A program made the translations under genes and the position numbers. A stretch of DNA of 64,000 bases from Azolla caroliniana (taxonomy: Eukaryota; Plantae; Polypodiophyta), in contig JBHGNT010000002.1 in assembly GCA_043228905.1 (NCBI GenBank), positions 23,808,001-23,872,000 of the forward strand, read 5' to 3'. Shown here one piece after another: positions 47,366 through 59,020 of this stretch (position 1 is its first letter; the number at the start of each line of letters is the position of its first letter). The notes beneath the pieces were generated by a model that worked only from the letters and a program-made list of their open reading frames with translations, made no database searches and was not told the origin of the DNA.

Positions 47366-50065
47366 ATGGAACCACAAACGCTGACGGAAGCGGCCAGGAA
47401 ATGGTTCAGGCAACACGGACTGGATGGATTCTTGACCATCATGGAGGCACCACCGCACAAAGAAGCCGACCAGGTCATCAAGGAGCTCGACAAAGAAGTC
47501 ATCACCGAGGAAGCAATCCGTGCGCTAACAGGCCTTCCGGAGGGGGGTATTTTTCAGATTGATAATCCAACCTCGGAGCAACTCACCCGATATTTCGGTG
47601 AGTACTCTGTAGCTGGCAAAGGCTATCGAACGCAGGGCGGCGAAGATCCGCTGTTCAGGGAGATAGCTCGAGTGCTCCATGAGTACGGCCACGTGTACCC
47701 CCGACCCCCTGTCATGCCAAAAAATCGGGCAGGGATGATCATAGCCACCTATGAAGGGATCCAGGTGGACTGGCCGGTGTTGATTGCAGACGGTTTGTGC
47801 GCGGCAATCGACATGGTACGAGGAAAGGACGACAAGGAGGGCCGGAAGCTGTGGCATGCCATAGCTCAGTGGATAACATTGCTCGTGCCGCCGGTCGAGA
47901 CCGTTCAGCCAAAGAAGCGGCCAAGAGTATCGGAAGGAAGCACCTCGAAGCCGGTGTCCAAACGACAGCAGCTGCTGGCGTCGAAGGCAACGAAAGGGAA
48001 GAAACGGCTCCCAGAACCGGAGGAGGTGTCACCGGTGGGACCCGTTAAGATAACCATACGGCGACCGGGTCAGAAGGAACCAGAACCCTTGACGGCACAG
48101 AAACATACCGTTACCCAGGAAGAGGAAACGGAGGAGCCAGAAGAGCACCTCCAACGACGGTCAAGAAGTGGGGCCGCCGGGGCAGCGGGGGAGCGTTCGG
48201 ACCCGCAAAAGAAAGAAACGCCCCGAACTCAACCTGAGCAAAACACAAGGGAGGAACCGGAACCGGTGCGTGTAGAACCGGCCTTGTCGACTTCTATACC
48301 AGAAGTCATTCCAACGGCTCCGGAGACGGCGAGAACCGGAACTCAACAGCCGGCGAGCCCAGCCAGCACACATGGCGGCCAAGGAGTAGAACCAGAACGA
48401 CAGATACAGGCACTCAGGCCAGACAATTCCACAGTGAACGAGCCGACCCGACCAGTACAACAGCAAGGCACCAGTAGCATGTGGCTACGGTGGGTAGGCG
48501 AGCAGATCGCCGGAGCGGTCGAGTACATAGAGGCGGAGGAGAGAGCGCACAACGAACGATTGCTCGTCACAACCGTAGATCTAGAGACGGCCCGGTCCAG
48601 AATCCGGAGCCTTGAACAAGACTTGGACAGGGTCACAAGGGAAATGGCTCAATTGGCTTTGACAACACAAGTCCAAGCACCGGTGACTCCGGGCAATGTA
48701 CAGAATAAAGCGTCAGATCAACCTGTACATAGCAATCAGACCCCGGTAACGGAAACCGTTCCGGAGAGAAATACGGCACAAGCCGAAGAGCTTGCGGACT
48801 TAAAAGATGAGCTAGCTGCCCAAGAAGCGCTGAGGAGCCGCGAAAGAGAATTGAAGACGGCAGCGGAGGCAGAACTCAAAAAGACTGCTGACAATCTACG
48901 CCGGGCCGAGGAGAGCTTACGGAAAGGCCACCAAGCGTACGACCGGCTCAAGGAGGAAAAGGAGAAAATGCTGCAAGAGAAGGACAGGCTCCGGAGGAAC
49001 GCCGAAACAGAAGTAGAGCGCCTGAAAGAGGAACTCCGGCAGGTAAAGGACCAGGAGGACCGGAACCAGCGCCAGATCAACGGCAAGCTCAAACAAAAAA
49101 TGGAGGAATTTGAGCACTTGCACCGGGAGTATAAACGGTTGCAAACGGAGCACAAGGAACGGACAGATGAGCTCCGGCAAGCAGTTGATCGGACCGCAAC
49201 GGCATACGCTAAGGAACAAGCGGAAACCAGAAGACGGTTGGAAGAGGCGGAGAAGGTTCGGACAGAGCTCCTCAGGCAACAGCAGGTGGGAAAAGAAAGA
49301 GCGGCGGAGGTACTGCAGAGGCTGCAAACAACATATCAAGGGCAGCTGACGCGCTACAGAGAGCAGGCGGAGGATACGGCTAATCTCGTCAAGCAGTTGA
49401 AGGAGGAACGACAAGTTGTGGAAAGTAGAGCGCAAATGGGAGCAAGTCGTATCCAGGATATCATGCGGGCCTGGTTGAACCAGACCAAGAGCTTGATTGA
49501 CAACGGTTCCGTCAAATGGTGGACCAAGTGGGCCACGAACGCGGCGGAACTCCAATTGCTCCGGGCCGACGTAGAGAACCGGCGGAAGGAGGGAGATGAT
49601 TGCTATATGCTGACTTCCGAAGACTTCACCGGCATAAGAGATGAGCTAGCCGAAGACTTTCAAGCCTTGGCAGACGACCAACTAGGGCAAGTCCGGCAAC
49701 TTGTAGCTCAGCTGGACGACGACAGGCTGGAGGCGCAGATCCAGTTTGAAAGCTACGAGAGGTCCCGGATCCGGGGAGAGAAAGAACGAGAACCGGTTAC
49801 GGTCAACCTCAGTGATGAGGAACCGTTACTGGAAGGAGACCGGACCGGAAGCAGTCAAACGGAGATGCCGGAGTCAGAGAGACAAACGGAGCAGCCGGAG
49901 TCAGAGAAACAAACGGAGCAGCAGCAGCAAGCAGAGCAGCCGGAGCAGCCTCAGTCCCAACCGCAACCACAGCAGCAGCAGCAAGCACAGCCGCAACAAC
50001 CACAACCGGAAGAACAAGTGGAAACTCTGGAACAAAGTATTTTGGACAATTTGGGTGAACAATGA
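47366..50065 (+). CDS. Intact extra ORF of the gypsy element (~899 aa from the likely ATG): helical N-terminal domain resembling plant retrotransposon accessory domains, disordered linker, long coiled coil and Q/P-rich tail
   Basis: Open frame from 47066 to 50065. ATG at 47366 follows a pyrimidine tract and CAG. N-terminal GLDGFL...ITEEAIRALTGLPEGG...VDW pattern. No obvious transmembrane helix. Confidence 0.8.
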   Translation: MEPQTLTEAARKWFRQHGLDGFLTIMEAPPHKEADQVIKELDKEVITEEAIRALTGLPEGGIFQIDNPTSEQLTRYFGEYSVAGKGYRTQGGEDPLFREIARVLHEYGHVYPRPPVMPKNRAGMIIATYEGIQVDWPVLIADGLCAAIDMVRGKDDKEGRKLWHAIAQWITLLVPPVETVQPKKRPRVSEGSTSKPVSKRQQLLASKATKGKKRLPEPEEVSPVGPVKITIRRPGQKEPEPLTAQKHTVTQEEETEEPEEHLQRRSRSGAAGAAGERSDPQKKETPRTQPEQNTREEPEPVRVEPALSTSIPEVIPTAPETARTGTQQPASPASTHGGQGVEPERQIQALRPDNSTVNEPTRPVQQQGTSSMWLRWVGEQIAGAVEYIEAEERAHNERLLVTTVDLETARSRIRSLEQDLDRVTREMAQLALTTQVQAPVTPGNVQNKASDQPVHSNQTPVTETVPERNTAQAEELADLKDELAAQEALRSRERELKTAAEAELKKTADNLRRAEESLRKGHQAYDRLKEEKEKMLQEKDRLRRNAETEVERLKEELRQVKDQEDRNQRQINGKLKQKMEEFEHLHREYKRLQTEHKERTDELRQAVDRTATAYAKEQAETRRRLEEAEKVRTELLRQQQVGKERAAEVLQRLQTTYQGQLTRYREQAEDTANLVKQLKEERQVVESRAQMGASRIQDIMRAWLNQTKSLIDNGSVKWWTKWATNAAELQLLRADVENRRKEGDDCYMLTSEDFTGIRDELAEDFQALADDQLGQVRQLVAQLDDDRLEAQIQFESYERSRIRGEKEREPVTVNLSDEEPLLEGDRTGSSQTEMPESERQTEQPESEKQTEQQQQAEQPEQPQSQPQPQQQQQAQPQQPQPEEQVETLEQSILDNLGEQ

Positions 50066-50117
50066 AGGGGCCGAGAAGGGTTCGACGTACAAGGTACTGT
50101 CCCACGGGCGTGCCATG

Positions 50118-50536
50118 TGTTACCGGCCGACAAGGAGTCCAAAATACGGAGTGAAGGAATTAATTAAGTGTGGTTGTAAATAGGAATAGTGTGGACGGAC
50201 GGACTGGAAACGGTATGCCGTTCCAGATCCGGACGGATCCCGAATAGGTGCGATGGGCACCGTTTTGTACTACGGGCCGGAAACCTATTTAAAGGCCCGG
50301 ACCCCATTGTAATCACAGCGGATAATTAATAGAGCATATGGTGTTTTTACTTCTGTGTTGATTTCCGTTCTGTACTTACTGTTATATCTTACGCGTGTAA
50401 TTAACCAAAGCACTCTAATCGTGTAACCTACGTAAGTCGGTGTAATCGTTGAATCTTAATCCTATGCCGTAATCACCCTTTGGTGAAGTGTCTCCGTGAC
50501 ACCTTGTGTTAGGCCTTGTCCGGCCAGCGAATAACA
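50118..50536 (+). repeat. 3' LTR of Athila-like element
   Basis: Repeat of 40673-41091, followed by TSD GCTAG. Confidence 0.95.
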
Positions 50537-50541
50537 GCTAG

Positions 50542-53500
50542 AACCGAAATCCAAAAATCGGGTCTAGAAGGGGACAATTGGTTAATAGCTTGTTTTGTCA
50601 ATGGCATCCCCAATTTGGACTATCACTGGATAATGCAGGATAAGGATCCAAAACCCTTGGAAGAGGCCGTTGAAATAGTTCTTCGCTATCAACGCACTTC
50701 AAAGAAGGACCACAACAAACCCAACGAAGCGCTCGGAACTAAGCAGTCCCAATTCGCTAGGAAACGCAAGACACCCAACGAATTCATGGATCGCAATTGT
50801 AAGCGACAACATCCTTTTTGTGTATTCTGCAAAAAGAAGGCTCATACCAAAGAGCAATGTCGAAAGCTCCAACGAAAAGAGCACGACAGCAAAGCTAAAG
50901 CTGCAGAGCATAAAGGTCAAATTCCTAACGTCCTTCAGGTCTATACACATCATTTAAGTAATTGTCAATGTTCTTTCCCTCACTATGTATTGGGTCCCAA
51001 TGATTTACTACATGCAAAAGGGTATATCAATGGATCTCCCGTACAATTTTTATTTGATTCGGGAAGCTCACACAACTTTGTGAATGATCGTTTGGTTCAG
51101 ATATGGGGAATCCAACCCACCGTAAGTGATCACACCTATACGGTGCACTTGGCTGATGGAAGAGTACAATACATCAACGGGGCGATTCATTCATGAGGAA
51201 TTTCTATTGACACTTCTTATATAGAGGAAGTAGACTTCCATGTAATGAATCTTTGTACCATTGATGTAATACTGGGTTATCCATGGTTCTATAATAAAAG
51301 CTCTTCTTTATCTATTGATTGGGTTCATCATTCAATTACATTTGTACTGAATGACTGTACTCATTTTATTCAATGTGTCAAAAACAATCCCTCTCGATTG
51401 TTTCCTCGTGTCCATCAAAATCCGAGTTGTCTTGTTCTACTCTATTTTATTGTGTACTTGATCCGGACATTCACGTTTACAATATCGATAATGTCTCGGT
51501 TCAATTAACATATTTTGAGCAACAACAACTTGATGAAATCTTAAATGATTTTCGTGATGTTTTTCCGAGTGAACTACCAGATGGGTTACCTCCTAAACGT
51601 AATATAGACCATCGTATAGATATTGTACCTGGCGTTGCACCAATAAGTATACCTCCTTATCGCTTAAGTCGATTCGAAGAGGATGAGGTATCTAAGCAAC
51701 TCAAGGACTATTTACGAATGGGTTATGTGCGTTATAGTAAATCTCCATGGGGTGCACCAGTTCTCTTGGTTAAAAAGAAAGAGGGCACATGGCGTATGGG
51801 TATTAATTACCGACGCTTGAATAAAGTGACAATCAAGAATTCGTATCCATTGCCCCGGGCTGACAATCTAATTGATCGTTTCCAGGGAGCTCGGTATTTT
51901 ACGAAACTTGATCTCTGTACTGGCTACCATCAAATTCGTATAAGTGAGGACAATATTCCTAAAACAACATTTCGTACGCGCTATGGCCATGATGAGTTTT
52001 TGGTGATGCCTTTTGGTTTGACCAATGCTCCGGCTACATTTCAACAAGAAATGAATGACATTTTCCGGGAACAACTTGGAAAATTTGTCGTTATTTTCTT
52101 GGATGATATTTTAGTTTATAGCCGTACATTACAAGAACATGCTAAACATGTCCGCTTTGTTTTACAAACATTGCGTGATAAATAGTTTTACGCGAAGATC
52201 TCAAAATGTGAGTTCTTCAAGAAATCAAATACTTATCTTGGACATCTCATAACCGAACGAGGAGTTGAAATTGATCCTTCTCGCATCGAGAAAATCAACC
52301 TTTGGCCCACTCTTCGGAACATTCGAGAAGTTCGATCATTCCTTGGTTTTGTCGAGTTTTTGCGAAAATCCCTTTGTAATTAGTCCCAATTGATGACACC
52401 GTTTAGTGATCTTCTAAAAGGTCAAATGCGTAAGTCTACAAAACCTATTGTCTGGAATGATACACTAGACCTCGCCTTTAAGGAACTCAAGGACCTGGTA
52501 TGCAAGGCTCCTTCACTTCTTTTACCCGATCCTTCAAAACCTTTTGAGGTTGAAATTGATGCAAGCGATGATACTATAGGTGTTGTCTTATATCAAGATG
52601 GTAAACCAATAGCATTCGAGAGTAAGAAACTTGATTCTGCTCAATGTCGGTATACCGTTCAAGAAAAGGAATTATTTGCAGTTATACATGCGCTCAAAAC
52701 ATGGCGCCATTGTCTTTTTGGAAATCATTTTGTGGTAACTACGGACCACGAGTCCTTGAAGTATTTTTGTGACCAACAAGACCTGAAAGGTCGTAAGGCA
52801 TGATGGGTTGATCTCATCTAGGACTTTGATTTTTCCATACGATATCGTAAAGGTTCCATGAACACTGTCGCTGATGCACTAAGTCGCATCCGTGAAGTTA
52901 ACATGCTTAGCTTCACTGAAATATCATCAGATCTTTATGATCACCTTCGAGGAAAGTATCCTGATGACAGTTATTTTGCAAAATACTGGGCAAGAGTTGA
53001 GTCTGGAACAGACACCACCACATCCTCGAAGGAATACTTCCACATTGCTAACGGTCTGCTATACCATAATGGGAAGGTTTGTGTTCCAGATTTACTCGAG
53101 GTAAAAAAGAGGATTCTTTTTTAATGCCATGATGCACCCTCAACAGGGCACCCTAGAATAATCGTACACTCGTTCTCATCTCCACTCAATTTTATTGGCA
53201 TAAGATGAGTCCTGACATACATAACTATGTGACTAAAGGTCACCAATGTCAGGTTAACAAAGCCGAGCGACTTAAAGCCGCAAGACTTTTACATCCCTTG
53301 GACATTCCCAATAATAAGTGGGAAAGTATATCCATGGATTTTATTGTTAGCCTTCCTCGCACCCAAAAAGGTCATGATGCCATTTGGGTTGTGGTTGAAA
53401 TACTAACTAAAATGGCCAGATTTATTGCTACTAAAACCACGGTAACAGCTCCTGAATTGGCTTACCAATTCGTTGACGAGTTATTTCATTTTTATGGGTT

Positions 53501-54365
53501 ACCAATGGATATCGTGAGTGATCGAGATCCAAAGTTTACTAGTGACTTCTGGACGCAAGTCTTCAAGAAGTTAGAAACTACGTTGAGCATGAGCTCCACG
53601 GATCATCCTCAATCCGAAGGAGAAACAGAACGAGTAAATCAAATTATTGAGGACATGCTTCGAGCATATGTTGGTGCAAAACCAACAAAATGGGAACGTT
53701 ATCTCCCAATTTTGGAGTTTACTTATAACAGCTCCAAGCATACGTCGACGGGATATAGTCCTTTTATGTTGATGTATGGTTTGCAGCCACGAGCCCCGAT
53801 TGATGTTAATATACATCATGATGAGTTGCGAAGTACGCAAAACTTTCTTCGGGATATGCAAGATATATTGCATATTGCACGAGATAATATAAAAATAGCT
53901 CAAGATAGAGCGCGTTTTTATGCCGATCATAATAGGCAACCTCGTGTATTCAAACCTGGACAGAAGGTATTTTTACGTGTACCTCATAAGTCTGAGACAT
54001 TGTCTAAGCGTAAGTGCGCTAAGTTAGCCCCACGATTTTGTGGACCTTTTACAATCCTCAAATGCATTGGGTCATCAGCCTATCGTCTCGCTCTTCCAGA
54101 TGGTGTTGAAATTCATCCAGTTTTTCATGTGAGTCGTCTAAAAGAACTTCTGGCGACAATACAGTTACAACTAAAACTCTGGTTACTTCTGAAGAATTAT
54201 CTTCTAAACCACACATGTACCAAAAAGAATTCTCGATATTAAAACAAAAAAATTATGTACTAAAGAAATTCGAGAATTTAAAATAAAATGGATGGATAAA
54301 TCCATAAAAGATGTCACATGGGAATGCGAAAATACTCTCAGAACTAACTTCCCTAACTTTCCATA
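50542..54365 (+). pseudogene. Chromovirus gag C-terminus and pol (PR, RT, RH, INT, chromodomain), disrupted
   Basis: [76 protein letters not shown], and chromodomain-like RILD...FKIKW...DVTWE...FP at ~54220-54360. Confidence 0.92.
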
Positions 54366-54397
54366 GCAAGAGTGCAATGTTTTAAAGAGGGGGAGTA

Positions 54398-54852
54398 TGT
54401 TACGGGCATGACCATATAATATCCCGTGGTCAGAATTTACCGTAGTATTCTATACACGTGGATAAGTGTGAGGGTTAAACGAGAATGTAAAGAAGGGGAG
54501 GATTACTTTTAATCCTCGGGATTGAGACAACCCATTACGCCAAATGTGAACTTGCCTAGGGGCCTTGGGTATCGTTATAAATAAGAGGCCTAGCTACCCT
54601 CATTTGATCATCTGGTTGACTACGTCGAGAGTCTGTCTTGTGGTGGGTCAACTCTTGTACCGAGCACGCCAGCACCAGGTACAACTCGATTCCACGGCGG
54701 TGGTATGGGACGCCGATCAAGGCTCGAGTTCGTCTCGATCCCTTCGCTCGGGGGTGGTCGGGTGGATCGGCACCCTTCTTTCTCTCTCTCCTTTCTATTT
54801 AGATCTATATTCTATCCTTATCTAATGCTTACATTAGTCTATGTCTCTAACA
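54398..54852 (+). repeat. 3' LTR of chromovirus
   Basis: Follows the PPT and repeats 27796-28252. Confidence 0.92.
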
Positions 54853-55487
54853 CCGATAGCCGGCCTGAGAACCGGCCTGAGACCTAGAGTGATGGATGGT
54901 GGTGGCGGCAAGGCGGGTGACCAAAACCAGAACGAGGAAGATTGTAGCGGATGGAGAAGAGATCCCTCAACACCGGGGCCGGAGACTTCGGCGGTTGCGT
55001 ACCAACATAAGACCGGAGAGATGGGTGGTGGCCGTGAGGATGCGAGGCCCGGAGTGGGCACGTGTGGAAGGACCGAAAGGGAGGCCGGGAGCGGCAACGT
55101 GGAGAGAGTCGGGAACCGGCCCGGGCAAGGGCTATGCCAGCATGATTGGAGACCGGGGAGGATGAGTCGCAACACACGGTGGGAACCGATGAGCGCGAGT
55201 CGGAGGCCAGAGCGGATGAGGTTACCAGAACAGTTATCTGGTACTAAATGACGGACGAGTGGGGTCAAGATGGCAAGCCAGAGTCAGAAGAGCTACGGTG
55301 AAGAAGGAAGAAGAGGCCGACGCGGAGGTTGGGACCACGACAAGTGAAGGGTGTAACACGAAGCCTGCATTACAGCTGGTGAAGGGCCAAGAAACAAGCA
55401 TGCACCTCGAAGAGCGGAAACTAGTGACCGGTGATAGCAGTCCGGTTGAGGCTTTAAGAGGCAAGCATGGGACGGAAGGCGGGACGA

Positions 55488-58400
55488 TGTCGTGACGATT
55501 TTCGGCTACGGTGTGAAACCAAGTGAGACGAATAAACCAAGGATGTGCAACATTACACATACACTTAGCAAATAAGCCTCCTAAGGCCTAGTGGCACTTG
55601 AGTTCATACAGAGGGGTGCAAGCAAGGTTTGAACCTTGCACCTCTAAGATACAAGATAATTGCCTTACCACTAGGACAACTATCATATAGTGTAGATTTT
55701 ATGTATTTTCTTTTCATATACAAATTATAAACGAAACAACCATAGAAAACCATGTGCACAAAACCATGGTTTTAAACCCATGGTTTGTGCATGACATAAG
55801 CAAAACCGTGTGCACAAAACCATGGTTTTAGCCCATGGTTTTGTGCATGTCACAAGCATGGAAAGACCTATAAAAGCCTCTAGTTGGGCTTATGTAAGGG
55901 GGGCTCAATATGTGATATCACCAACACCATTATCATCAATATAATTATATTTGTCTTTATCTTATTCATATTTTCTACTTCTCAAGTGTACAATCTTTCT
56001 TCTTCTCAAGTAAACCAATTTCATCTAATCTTACATTGATCATCATCTCTTCGATAATTCTGCAAACATCCTCCCCGGTCCAAGACCCCGGTGGTCGCTC
56101 GAGTAGCACACGCATGCGCGAATCTTCGTGACATCATTTGATGAACCCGACGTGATGACCAGCAAGGGAGGACGAAGATGGATGGCGAATATCTCATGGA
56201 GGCAATGTCAAAAAGGATGATGGAGTTTCTAAGAGAAGGGAAAAGACGAAATGAAGCCCAACAAGCCGTCGATAGGGTAGTAGAGCGAGTGAGCTATTTC
56301 AACGGTGCCGAAGTCCAAAGTTTCCTAAAAGTCTACAATGCGGAGATGGATTCAAGAGGTGTGTAGAAAGCTATGAGGCTAGAGTACTTTTGTCGGGTGG
56401 TGTCTCAACCGATCTTCAAAGATGTAAAAGAGCTTCTAGAAGCTCATGATTCGTGGGCGACTTTCGAGAAGGCTCTATTGGAGGAATATGGCTATGAGAG
56501 ACTGAAGGGACGAGATCGATGCAACTTCGACCAATGGGTGACATCAGCGAAGACCCACCAAGGTGCGACACAAGCATTCGTAGACTTCGAGCATCATTTT
56601 TCTCAACTTTCGGAGCGGGAACAAAGATTAGTGGGGGTTGATAAGGTCCTTATGTTCGTGAAGTCAATCGATCGAATGGAAAGGATATCCATTGGCCTCA
56701 AACTCGAAGAAGATGATGGTGCAAATGGCCTCATCGAGGATTGGAGCAAAGTGGAAAGTGTATGCCGACTACACGATAAGGGGCGAGCGAGAATATTGAC
56801 GACAACAAGACGGCCCATGAGGGACGATCAAAGAGGGGCGAGATGCAGCAACGCGCCACCAAAAGAAGAAATAAAGCTTAAAAGGGAGACAAAACCGAGG
56901 CGAATGGTGATCGAGGAAGAAGAGACCTCCCAACAAATGTGGGTTAATGAAGTGGCCGATACAAAGGCTCAGGTTCGGTATGACGGTACCGAGAGAGAAG
57001 GTGCGAAACAAGTCACCTTCTTGTCTTACAAAGAAACGACGGCCAAGGAGGAGGCCGATGACTCGAGGATGGCGAACGCCACTTCGAGGGAGGATAAATG
57101 TTTCAGAACACGCATTGTGTACGAAACATCGGGTGATGAAGGCGCAAGCATGAGAAAAGCTTACATAATTGAGGGAGATAAAGTGTTTGAGTCTGAAGAG
57201 ATTGAGGAGGTAGCCATGACAAACGGCATCGAGTCGGAGGTGGCTATGGACGAGTCGACAACGGATAGCCATGTCAAGACTTTCTCCACGATTGTTCCAG
57301 AGACTTCGGCGGTTGCGCCCGTGTGCCAACGTGAGACCAAAGAGACGGAAGGTGGTGACGGGAAGACGAAGGCCCAACACAAGGAGGAAGAAGATCAAGG
57401 AAGAAAGGATATCCCCACACCTATTCTACAGACTTCAGCGGTTGTGCACGTGCGCCAACGTGAGACCGGACAGACGGAATGTGTGGACGGAGAAGCTGAC
57501 GACCGGAAGGGCGATGAAGAAGACAAGGTAAATGTGCATAAGCGAAGGGATTCCTTCTCACCAGTTCCGAAGACTTCGGCAGTCGAGACAGTGTGTCGAC
57601 ATAAGATCGAAGATAAAGGAGGTGGCGAAGAGGAGACAATATGGCTCGAGGCGAGCATACACGGAGGGAAGGATATGGCCGATGAGCAGGCCAAGGATGA
57701 AGCCACGGTTGAGTTCGATGGAGAGGTTGCATGCGGGAAGGAAGGAAGAGTCGAGAACCGGTTGAACCGGAAGACGATCCGGCCGAGATTCCGGCCGGAA
57801 CGAAGGAAGGTCCGCATGGGAGCCGATCGACCGGGGCCGACTTGGCCGAAACTTGATTCGGCGAAAATCGATCGAACGATTCCAATCCAAAAGGGGGTCG
57901 ACCTAGCCAGAATCAATCGGTCGAGCCCGACTCGGGGAAATGCGAATGTAGACGAAGGCCAACAGAACCAAGAAGCGATCGGCGGAGACCGATCCGAAGA
58001 AGGGCAAACCTGGCATAATCGAAGATGGACACGAATGATCCAAAACACCCAGTTGAAGACGGTGAGCGCGAGGAGTGGCCAGGAACCCAATCGAAGGACA
58101 AGCGCGGTGGACGAAGGAAGAGCGGTCGTATCGACGACATCATTCGTTAGATCTACTACAACCGATCGGGGAAGAAGGTGTGAGTGCCGGATATGGTGGA
58201 TCGGGTGGCTACGGTGGTTCGGTTGGAAAGATTGCGCATACTCGAAGTGGAAGACGAAGTTAGACGAGGTCGAGGAGCGTGCAGAGGAACTCGGTTGATC
58301 ACCGTTGCCAAAGATCTCACCTCTTCACCTTTCTCGGCACATACCAGAGGATGTGTGGGTTTGGTGGGGGTGGATGTCGTGATGATTTTCGGCTACGGTG

Positions 58401-59020
58401 TGAAACCAAGTGCGACGAGTAAACCAAGGATGTGCAACATTACACATACACTTAGCAAATAAGCCTCCTAAGGCCTAGTGGCACTTGAGTTCATACAGAG
58501 GGGTGCAAGAAAGGTTTGAACCTTGCACCTCTAAGATACAAGATAATTGCCTTACCACTAGGACAACTATCATATAGTGTAGATTTTATGTATTTTCTTT
58601 TCATATACAAATTATAAACGAAACAGCCATAGAAAACCATGTGCACAAAACCATGGTTTTAAACCCATGGTTTGTGCATGACATAAGCAAAACCGTGTGC
58701 ACAAAACCATGGTTTTAGCCCATGGTTTTGTGCATGTCACAAGCATGGAAAGACCTATAAAAGCCTCTAGTTGGGCTTGTGTAAGGGGGGCTCAATATGT
58801 GATATCACCAACACCATTATCATCAATATAATTATATTTGTCTTTATCTTATTCATATTTTCTACTTCTCAAGTGTACAATCTTTCTTCTTCTCAAGTAA
58901 ACCAATTTCATCTAATCTTATATTGATCGTCATCTCTTCGATAATTCTGCAAACATCCTCCCCGGTCCAAGACCCCGGTGGTCGCTCGAGTAGCACACGC
59001 ACGCGCGAATCTTCACGACA
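55488..59020 (+). mobile_element. Non-autonomous gag-only LTR retrotransposon (TR-GAG-like) with a tRNA-Trp PBS
   Basis: 646-bp LTRs at 55488-56133 and 58375-59020 (~11 mismatches counted); PBS TGATGAACCCGACGTGA at 56139-56155; flanks ACGA/ACGG; no pol domains. Confidence 0.9.
56178..58298 (+). pseudogene. Gag-like ORF (~700 codons, one in-frame TAG at 56364-56366) with an acidic, repeat-containing C-terminus
   Basis: FNGAEVQSFLKVY...SWATFEKALLEEY capsid-like pattern; ORFs 56178 and 56373 are in the same frame; three (P/Q)xTSAV..V.Q repeats. Confidence 0.75.

Larger units (their letters stand above)
40673..50536 (+). mobile_element. Young non-chromovirus Ty3/gypsy element (Athila-like) with an extra 3' ORF
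   Basis: 419-bp LTRs at 40673-41091 and 50118-50536 with 3 mismatches counted; perfect TSD GCTAG; PBS-like TGGCGACCAC at 41098; gag-PR-RT-RH-INT without a chromodomain or archaeal RNase H. Confidence 0.96.
27796..54852 (+). mobile_element. Ty3/gypsy chromovirus, decayed, with two large nested insertions in gag
   Basis: LTRs at 27796-28252 and 54398-54852 (TGTTA...TAACA); PBS TGGTATCAGAGC at 28255-28266; PPT AAAGAGGGGGAG; diverged TSD CCGGC/CCGAT; PR-RT-RH-INT-chromodomain order. Confidence 0.93.

Noticed and set aside
47066-50065. True retroviral envelope protein
   Set aside because: No signal peptide, transmembrane helix or fusion-protein features are evident; it is treated as an accessory ORF.
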